DNA of 34,437 nucleotides from Chlamydiota bacterium. Its GTDB lineage: Bacteria > Chlamydiota > Chlamydiia > Chlamydiales > SM23-39. The number at the start of each line of letters is the position of its first letter. Within the stretch, counting starts at the first letter, position 1. A program made the position numbers and the translations under genes. The stretch spans positions 1 to 34,437 of the forward strand of contig JBCDEZ010000010.1 of the NCBI GenBank assembly GCA_039179045.1, given 5' to 3'. Under the pieces are notes generated by a model. It was not told the origin of the DNA and did not search any database. It was given only the letters and a program-made list of their open reading frames with translations. Shown in pieces: positions 27,574 to 34,437 of the stretch.

Positions 27574-27855
27574 ATGAGCACCGAAGAAACTCCGAAAAAA
27601 ATCAAAATCGCTACAGCAAAAAAGCGGGAAAAGCAAACCCTAAAAAAAACATTGTGCAATCGCTCTTTCAAAGCAAAAGCAAAAACAGCGCGATCTTCCC
27701 TCGAAAAAGCATGCGCCTCTTCCGCTCCTCTAGACGAAAAAAGGCTCTGCTTGTCCAAAGTATATAGCTTGCTTGACAAGTGTGTGAAAAAGGGGATTTT
27801 CACAAAAAATAAGGCAGCTCGCCTCAAGGCTCGCTACGCGAGTAAGGTAGCTTAA
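27574..27855 (+). CDS. rpsT: 30S ribosomal protein S20
   Basis: TAKKREKQ....NRSFKAKAKTA...VYSLLDKCVKKGIFTKNKAARLKAR. GAGGA SD before ATG 27574. Confidence 0.95.
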   Translation: MSTEETPKKIKIATAKKREKQTLKKTLCNRSFKAKAKTARSSLEKACASSAPLDEKRLCLSKVYSLLDKCVKKGIFTKNKAARLKARYASKVA

Positions 27856-27924
27856 GCATTCCAATTTGGCAGGATGCGCAATGCAATTTTTTCTTGTAAA
27901 TTTATTTCAAGATATAGCCTCTTT

Positions 27925-30900
27925 TTACAAGTCAAATAAAATAGCATCCCTATTGGGAATCATCTCTTCTTCTTTTTCTAGAATTTGTTTCCAATAAGCA
28001 GTCCTCTCTGCAGGTCCCTCTACTAGAATGGAAAATTTGGTCTCTTCTATTCTCACATCTGCCTTACTTTCGTTCAGTGCATAGAATATGCCAAAAGTAG
28101 GCGTGAACAGCTGAGGATCTTCTGCAAGAAGGTCTGCTGTGCTAGGAGCTGGAGGTGGGGGCTTTTCGCTTTCATTCTTGTAGAAAAAAGTGAACGGAGA
28201 GCCTCCAAATGTACTCGGAAAATAGACGCCCCACCGCTCCAGATCCGTATCGGCAAATAACGGTCCGGGAGTGTACGTATTTCCCCCAAGGTTGTTGACT
28301 CCCTCAATAACATTCAAAGAGCGATCTCCTGTAAAAAGTCGGATGTCCCCTCCGGAAGATTCTATGCTACCCAAGCTAGATAAAAGCAGCCTGCCCTGCC
28401 CAAATTCGGGAGGAGAGGGAAAATCTTGATCGACGACAAGAACCAGATCACCACTCCCCTGATTGGCCACAACACCAAAGGGCTGAATATCGATATTCTT
28501 TCCTGCAACGAGTGTTAAATCCCCTCCCAGAGTCTCGATTTGTGCTGCTCCTATGCTACTCGCTCCGAGAAGAAAGATCGACTCTTGCGCAGTACAATAC
28601 CCTCCTAAAGCGGATCGCAAAAAAGTCGCTCCTCCGCTCGAACCTGAAAGAATGCAAGAGCCTCGGCTCGTAATGGAGAGCGAGCTTGCAGAACTCTCAC
28701 AGAAAGATCGATCATTCAAAATGAGGTCGGCACTACTCACGACCTGCATCTCCCCTTGAGAAAGTAGGAAGCTGCCTCCCAAAAGGGTGATATTGTTTTC
28801 GGTGGTTTGCACCTCTAAGGTGCCATTTCCCCCGTTTTGCACAAAACTCCCCTCCTGGAAAAACGCCTCATTGGAGGTGAGGAAAATAGAGCTTTCCCCT
28901 CCCCCCAAATGCTCCAAAAACGCCCCTCTTTTTAGCGTAGTCGTGCCCAGAACGTCCACTTGACAGTTTCCGGTGAAGCAGGTGACTTTCGCGGCTTGGC
29001 TGCCCAGAGCCTCTGCGGTCCACCCTTCCCCTACTTGTATGCTCATGGAGGCATCGCCAAAAGCGAGACCCGACCCGTTCACAATCTGTACCGGCGCGCC
29101 TGTACCCGCCGTCATGAGAAGGTTCCCTCCGATATCGAGATCCACAGACCCGAGAGAGGCGCCTTCCGTTACAAACGCGCCTAAAAAGGCTTCTGTTTCG
29201 GCGCCTGTACCCGACTGCATGCGCAAATTGCCCCCGGAGGTGAGCGAGATGCGCTCACAGTTGATCGAAGCTAGGTGCGAAGCTGTATTCAAAATACGCG
29301 CGCCCACAGCAACAATGCCGTTTGTATTCGCTTGCATGGTGATGTCGCCTGCGGCGCGTACATCCACAAGCGCTCCTGGCCCAAAGGAGACGGGATTGCT
29401 CCCCGACACTTGAGCCACGGCAAAAAACCCAAGGGCTGCTTGTGCATCGGCACCCGCGCCTCCTACAAGAGAGATGGTGTCTGCTTCAACCCGAATTGCG
29501 CCTGTATACGTCTCATTGGCGTTGCTGTCTTGCCCCCCGTGCCCGAATAGGGCGTAGCTCTCTGTATCACTACCTCCACGAATCTGTAGATGCCCTCCAA
29601 TCGAGGCAAACGAGTCTGGCTCCTCTCCTCGAATATCTCCCGAGAAGCTCAGCGTGTTGGTACCGCTTGTCCTCGCATGCCCGATCTGCGCGAACTTGAG
29701 ACTCCCTGCCGTGTTTGTGCTTCCCTCTAAAATCACATCTCTTCCTACAGACTGTACAATGATATCTCCGCTATAGTTGCCATTCACATTTACAAATCCG
29801 TGCCCGATGAGAGCGATGCTATTCGAATTTCCCCCGGCTAGTACTTGGATATCTCTACCGATAGAGAGAAAGATATCACAGTCGACCGTCTGCCCTGCAG
29901 AAAACCCGATCTGCGCACGGCTATTCGAAGAAAGACCCCCTCTCAGATAAAGATCCCTTTCTGCCTTTACCGTGATCTGACCGTTTCTAAGAGCAAGCTG
30001 GGAGACCCCTGAACCTGTGGTCGTGCCCAAACGCACATCATTGCCCGCATAAACATCGATGCTTCCACTTCCATTCACATTGAAAACACCATGATTGAAA
30101 AAGACATCGCCTTGCAAAGCGGATAGCTGTGTTTTGCCAATCCCTCCATTTGCGTTCACGCTGATCGAAGGGCCTATATTGAGATCTCCCTCTTCTGCGA
30201 TGAGAGCGAATTCTTGGAGAGTCCCGTTCACACGCAAGATGCTACCTGCGCCAAAGTTGAGGTCCCCTGTTTTCGCGATCAGTTTGCAAGAACCGACATC
30301 TGTAAAAATGAACGGCTCTCCACAATTCAGCATGTTTTGCGCGGTGAAAGTAAGTTCAGGAATGCTCAGCGCGATGACATCGGCAGCTGCATTCGTGATC
30401 TCGATGTTATTCCCAGCAAACACCGCGACTTTTTGCGTCCCCTCTGGCTCGAAATCTTGGTTGAGCAAAAAGTCGCGGGTAGCTTCAAGAGAGGCAGAAG
30501 CGAGATGATTGAGGTCAATCTGAGAGTTGATCACAATATCTCTGCCAGCTGTCATGATGAGCGCGCTCTTTTGGTTGGTCAAATCTTGAATGAGATTTGT
30601 ACCCCCCTGATTACGCAGATCATTCGCTGCTCTGATTGTAAGCTGATCTACTTCCATCAGATTGATCCCCGCATCGAGAAGGTAGTCGCTACCCCCTTCG
30701 AGGGTTGCTGTCCCCCAATTCATCAGACGGAGCGGCTGACTCTGCGTGAAGTTGCCCCCTCCTTGCAAAACAAGAGCACTCGTCGCACCGCTACCGGTAA
30801 AATTTGTATCGTTGCTGAAGGTGATTGTATCGGAGGCTACGATCGTGCACTGATCGGCGCTCAAAGCATTGGTACCTCCACCGGTGCTCGTAAAAGCATT

Positions 30901-32556
30901 CGATGTGCAAAAGACAGAGGCGCCTTGCGCGACCAAAGAATTGTCAAGATCGATTGTATCGACAGCTTCTAGATCGATGCGCGCAAGATTTTGGCAGGTG
31001 AGCGCCGAATTGATGCTGATCGATCCTCCAGCTCGCATCGCCAATACGGAATCTTGTCCGCTCGCATCGATGATTGTGAGAGGATCGTTGATGAGGATAT
31101 CTTCATCGGCTTGCAGGGTAAGTGTGCGGCTGCCCCCCGCCAGGAAAAGATTCGTATTGCCGACAACCTCAATGGTGCCTCCATTGAGGAAAGCCGACTG
31201 AGTAGTGACAAGCACATTGCTTGCCTGCAGAGCTGTATTGAGGGTGTCTGCGCGCAGGGTAGCGGTCGCTGCTGTTCCTTCATAGATATCCGTAGGAGAG
31301 CCCCCATCGAAGCCTCCTCCCGCATCGCTACTTGCTCCTATGTTGATGTCAGTAGGATCAAAAATGAGCAAGCCCGTTTCTCCACAAGGAGCTCTCGTAT
31401 CAACAAACCCAGTCAAAAAGGGCATAGCGGAAATCTCGACCCGGCCTCCATCTCCCCCTTTCCGACCTCCTCTTGCCGCAATTTTTCCTGCGACAGCTGC
31501 GTACTCGCTTCCAAAAACTGTGACAAACGCTCCTCTTCCCTCGAGGCCTGCGTTGCCGAGAATCTCGGCGCCTACCTCGATCGAGACTCGTTTGGCCGCA
31601 GGCAGCATCTCTTCCTCTGTTTTGGCCCACGCCTCTCCAAGGGAGGCATTGCCTGCTCCCATATCTCCTGCAACATCAATTTTTGCCCCTCTTTTAAGGA
31701 ATAGCTCCTCTCCTGAGAGACGCACATCTCCCCCCTTCTCTCCTAAATAGCGCGCCGATACCGTGCCTTTGGAGAGCGTGATCTTGCCTTTTTCCGCTAC
31801 GAGAAAAACGCGCCCTCCCTCTTCTTGGAATGCCACAGCTTGGATCTTTCCCCTTTGTTGGATTGAGGCGTAGGGACCTTGGCTTTGCAACGTGACCCGG
31901 TTCCCCTCAATCGTACCTGCCTGATCGATGCAAGTGGCCTTTTCTTCGCGAGCCTCTCCCATATCTACATAGATGTGCCGATCTGCTGCGAGCAATATAC
32001 GCGTACCGGCTAAAAGGCGCACCTCACCACGAGGAGCTTGGAGCACACCTTCGTTAGTAACACGAATGCCCATAAGGCACAAATCTTCTTCTCTCGCATA
32101 GATTGTCCCTCTATTTTCCACGGAATGGGGGCTTGTGCCTCTAAAGCAGAGGCGCTCTTCATAAAAATCGTCGTCATGCAACGCGAGAGTCGATGCGATC
32201 AGGCCATGCACGTCGATCACAGCTGTCTGACTCACCAAAATCCCTCGGGGATTGAGCAAAAACACCTTGCCGTTCGAAGTCAAGCTCCCTTCGATCAAGC
32301 TTTTGGTTTCTCCCACAACGCGGTTCAAAACAGCTGCCTGTTCATTTGGCTGTAAAAAGCGCACGCGTTCTTGCGGTTGCAAGGAGAACCGATCCCAGTT
32401 GATGATCGTTTTTTGCCCCTTGGTCTCAATCTGGAGATCCTGCGCAGACGCGAAAAAGGTGGCCTGCCCCCTTACGATTACCGGATTTTCTGGTTGTGCG
32501 AAAAGGGAGATACTTTTACAAAAAAAAGCTCCGATGCATAGGACTTGGGCAAGCAT
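27925..32556 (-). CDS. TpsA: filamentous haemagglutinin-family exoprotein (~1543 aa)
   Basis: Signal peptide ending ...SLFA/QP. TPS domain IINWDRFSL..F.QP...AVLNRV.G...S.I.G.L.SNGKVFLLNPRGI, GGDGGRVEIS, G.LIFDPTDINI. Long Gly-rich beta-helix body. Start at 32556 (or 32598), since 32682 lies inside tpsB. Confidence 0.93.
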   Translation of the reverse strand: MLAQVLCIGAFFCKSISLFAQPENPVIVRGQATFFASAQDLQIETKGQKTIINWDRFSLQPQERVRFLQPNEQAAVLNRVVGETKSLIEGSLTSNGKVFLLNPRGILVSQTAVIDVHGLIASTLALHDDDFYEERLCFRGTSPHSVENRGTIYAREEDLCLMGIRVTNEGVLQAPRGEVRLLAGTRILLAADRHIYVDMGEAREEKATCIDQAGTIEGNRVTLQSQGPYASIQQRGKIQAVAFQEEGGRVFLVAEKGKITLSKGTVSARYLGEKGGDVRLSGEELFLKRGAKIDVAGDMGAGNASLGEAWAKTEEEMLPAAKRVSIEVGAEILGNAGLEGRGAFVTVFGSEYAAVAGKIAARGGRKGGDGGRVEISAMPFLTGFVDTRAPCGETGLLIFDPTDINIGASSDAGGGFDGGSPTDIYEGTAATATLRADTLNTALQASNVLVTTQSAFLNGGTIEVVGNTNLFLAGGSRTLTLQADEDILINDPLTIIDASGQDSVLAMRAGGSISINSALTCQNLARIDLEAVDTIDLDNSLVAQGASVFCTSNAFTSTGGGTNALSADQCTIVASDTITFSNDTNFTGSGATSALVLQGGGNFTQSQPLRLMNWGTATLEGGSDYLLDAGINLMEVDQLTIRAANDLRNQGGTNLIQDLTNQKSALIMTAGRDIVINSQIDLNHLASASLEATRDFLLNQDFEPEGTQKVAVFAGNNIEITNAAADVIALSIPELTFTAQNMLNCGEPFIFTDVGSCKLIAKTGDLNFGAGSILRVNGTLQEFALIAEEGDLNIGPSISVNANGGIGKTQLSALQGDVFFNHGVFNVNGSGSIDVYAGNDVRLGTTTGSGVSQLALRNGQITVKAERDLYLRGGLSSNSRAQIGFSAGQTVDCDIFLSIGRDIQVLAGGNSNSIALIGHGFVNVNGNYSGDIIVQSVGRDVILEGSTNTAGSLKFAQIGHARTSGTNTLSFSGDIRGEEPDSFASIGGHLQIRGGSDTESYALFGHGGQDSNANETYTGAIRVEADTISLVGGAGADAQAALGFFAVAQVSGSNPVSFGPGALVDVRAAGDITMQANTNGIVAVGARILNTASHLASINCERISLTSGGNLRMQSGTGAETEAFLGAFVTEGASLGSVDLDIGGNLLMTAGTGAPVQIVNGSGLAFGDASMSIQVGEGWTAEALGSQAAKVTCFTGNCQVDVLGTTTLKRGAFLEHLGGGESSIFLTSNEAFFQEGSFVQNGGNGTLEVQTTENNITLLGGSFLLSQGEMQVVSSADLILNDRSFCESSASSLSITSRGSCILSGSSGGATFLRSALGGYCTAQESIFLLGASSIGAAQIETLGGDLTLVAGKNIDIQPFGVVANQGSGDLVLVVDQDFPSPPEFGQGRLLLSSLGSIESSGGDIRLFTGDRSLNVIEGVNNLGGNTYTPGPLFADTDLERWGVYFPSTFGGSPFTFFYKNESEKPPPPAPSTADLLAEDPQLFTPTFGIFYALNESKADVRIEETKFSILVEGPAERTAYWKQILEKEEEMIPNRDAILFDL

Positions 32557-32572
32557 ATAGGTGCTCTTGGTA

Positions 32573-34225
32573 TCAAAAAGTGATCTGAGAAGAAACATGC
32601 AACTGCGCTCCACTTTGCTGTGTGATATTGGGAGCGATCTGCCGATGCAAAGGCCATCCCATATCAAACCGAAGCTGCGCATGGTGGCGGTAGCGGTAAC
32701 GCAAACCCAATCCTATTCCCGTTAGGTAAAGGTATTTTTTTTCCTTGGCAAGTACTCTTTTTACATTAGCTCCCACGCCATAATCGAAAAAAACAAGCCA
32801 CTGTAGAGTGTCTCTCTCCTTTTTTTCCTTTGCCCAAACGAAGAGGCGCGTTGCCGGTGTGCGGATTTCTGTAGAAAAAAACCAAGCATCGTCCGTATTG
32901 ACAATCCTCTCATCGTAGCCGCGTACCGTATCGAGACCCCCAAGTCCGTATTGCTCGCTTGAAAGGAGGTTCGCGCTTGCAATCTGCCAAGAGGAGCGAT
33001 TCACCCACTGCCAGCCTCCAGGGATCGAAGTAAGAGCGCTTCCTTCAGCACGTAGGTAGACATAGCTGCTATCTGCACCAGGACGAAGGCTTGCGAAGTC
33101 TTCATCGCTTTGATGCGCAAACAAGTCCCCTGGAGAGGCGAATATCTGCGTCTCCAAAGACCAATGCGTAGCATACTTTGCCCATTGCAACTCATAGCCT
33201 ACCGCCAACTGCGTGAGGATCGCACGATCTCCTAGAATAGGCACCGCATCGAATACGAGATTGATATCGGTATTTTTGTAATCAATGCCCCATTGAAGCT
33301 GATGATCATAACCTCCGACTGGATCCAAAGGTATGAGATAACGCATGCTCGTTTGCCATGCTGTACCTTTTTGTGTGATTCCCTCTGCAAGATCGATCGC
33401 TCTTATGCTCGAGTATCCCCCGTAAAAAGTCAGTAAGTGTCTCCACGGGAGTGGAGCGGAATACTGCCCTGTGTGAGCTATAAACCTGCCAAAACGCGTG
33501 GTTGTTGTATAACGGTAGAAAAGCTGATGATCTGCGTGAAACAAGTTCCCGAGATGTACACCAAAAAAAAGACGATCTTTTCCTGTTGCTGCAAATCCCG
33601 CGTTATCTGCTCCCAAGAAAAGACGGTAGGGACGCCCATCTTCCGAGAAAAAAGAAAGGGAGCAAGTGCCCTCCTCTTCTCCAGGAGAGAGGAGTAAAAT
33701 TGTCTCTCGGAACGGAGTACGATTGAGCCAGAGGAGATCTCGGCGCACGAGATCTGCACAAAAAGGGAACCCCACTTCTTGCCGGATTTCTCCCGCGAGC
33801 TGCTCCGAGGAAAACCATTGGTTGCCTTCATAGGAAATGCATGCAACTATGCTCTCTTCTACAACCAATCGCAAAGTACCCTCAGAAATTTCCTGATCGG
33901 GAACAAAAACTGAAACAAGAGGACGATAGGAGTCTTGATAAAACTCCTTCACGATGCCTCCGATCTCCTCGATCAACTCCTCTGAGATAGGGCACCGTAA
34001 AAGAATTCCGAGGCGCTCCACCAAAACATGGCGTTCGCCAGGCACATCGAGATCCTCGAAATAGACCCCCTCCTCATCGGGAATCGAGCGAGAGGCAAGG
34101 CCTCTTTCCTCCTTCCCGGAGAGGATAAGAAAACGGAGAGCAATCTCATCTGCTGCCTCAAGAAAAAGAGGAAAGAACAAAAAAGAAGAGAAAAAAACAA
34201 GATAGCACAGCCGTTTTTTGCCCAA
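32573..34225 (-). CDS. TpsB: ShlB/FhaC/HecB-family outer-membrane transporter
   Basis: Signal peptide, POTRA-like FY....PLVSVFVPDQEISEGTLRL.V.E, LLSSEQYGLGGLDTVRGYDE (loop-6 VRGY), FFDYG, G.GLGLRY, terminal Phe. TTG start with AGGAG SD. Confidence 0.95.
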   Translation of the reverse strand: MGKKRLCYLVFFSSFLFFPLFLEAADEIALRFLILSGKEERGLASRSIPDEEGVYFEDLDVPGERHVLVERLGILLRCPISEELIEEIGGIVKEFYQDSYRPLVSVFVPDQEISEGTLRLVVEESIVACISYEGNQWFSSEQLAGEIRQEVGFPFCADLVRRDLLWLNRTPFRETILLLSPGEEEGTCSLSFFSEDGRPYRLFLGADNAGFAATGKDRLFFGVHLGNLFHADHQLFYRYTTTTRFGRFIAHTGQYSAPLPWRHLLTFYGGYSSIRAIDLAEGITQKGTAWQTSMRYLIPLDPVGGYDHQLQWGIDYKNTDINLVFDAVPILGDRAILTQLAVGYELQWAKYATHWSLETQIFASPGDLFAHQSDEDFASLRPGADSSYVYLRAEGSALTSIPGGWQWVNRSSWQIASANLLSSEQYGLGGLDTVRGYDERIVNTDDAWFFSTEIRTPATRLFVWAKEKKERDTLQWLVFFDYGVGANVKRVLAKEKKYLYLTGIGLGLRYRYRHHAQLRFDMGWPLHRQIAPNITQQSGAQLHVSSQITF

Positions 34226-34280
34226 TCTTTTCTCCTATTATCTTAGCTCACCAAAACGCGTCAAAAATACGAGCTCCTCG

Positions 34281-34436
34281 CTATACATTAGATTCCACCC
34301 AGGTTTGGTGCAAGAAAAAACCCTCTTCGGCGGGGTCCAGAGAGAGGGCGCGCATCCAGTGAAAGCGTGCCTCCGTCAACCGACCCACCATCCAAAGCGA
34401 ATCTCCAAGATGGTCATTGATCACTGGATCAATCGG
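34281..34436 (-). CDS. 3' fragment of a TPR protein entering from the right edge (alphaproteobacterial-like)
   Basis: Hand translation PIDPVINDHLGDSLWMVGRLTEARFHWMRALSLDPAEE(GFFLHQTWVESNV*) is one complete TPR motif. Confidence 0.7.
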   Translation of the reverse strand, partial: PIDPVINDHLGDSLWMVGRLTEARFHWMRALSLDPAEEGFFLHQTWVESNV

Positions 34437-34437
34437 T

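Noticed and set aside
27925..32556. TpsA as a CdiA contact-dependent toxin
   Set aside because: No VENN/pre-toxin motif, no recognisable toxin domain, and no room for an immunity gene before rpsT.

Overview
This window looks like a chromosomal segment of an environmental (non-Chlamydiaceae) Chlamydiota bacterium. The assignment rests on a chlamydial-type sigma66 (rpoD), a long SecA without the C-terminal Zn-binding motif, a eukaryote-type UDP-sugar pyrophosphorylase next to gpsA, and rpoD-[membrane ORF]-rpsT order. The housekeeping backbone is a UDP-glucuronate epimerase-like gene, nnr, gpsA, the pyrophosphorylase, waaF, ruvC-ruvA, mnmE-nth, secA, argS, leucine dehydrogenase, tRNA-Ala(GGC), rpoD and rpsT. 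Three accessory host-interaction blocks are interleaved. (1) At the left end are two leucine-rich-repeat genes plus an orphan with a bipartite NLS-like motif. One LRR gene is missing from the ORF track and is built from near-identical 201-bp, three-LRR super-repeats. (2) Between ruvA and mnmE is a cassette of three paralogous orphan genes. One is split by a perfect 23-bp tandem duplication, and another by an in-frame TGA just before a C-terminal tail shared through a 117-bp direct repeat. (3) At the right end is a two-partner (type Vb) secretion pair, TpsB plus a ~1540-aa filamentous-haemagglutinin-type TpsA. Further oddities are the rpoD stop codon lying inside the antisense tRNA-Ala gene, a probably catalytically dead epimerase domain in Nnr, several apparently leaderless genes, and a terminal ~115 bp that looks alphaproteobacterial (possible chimera). 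All calls are by eye; no database searches were run.
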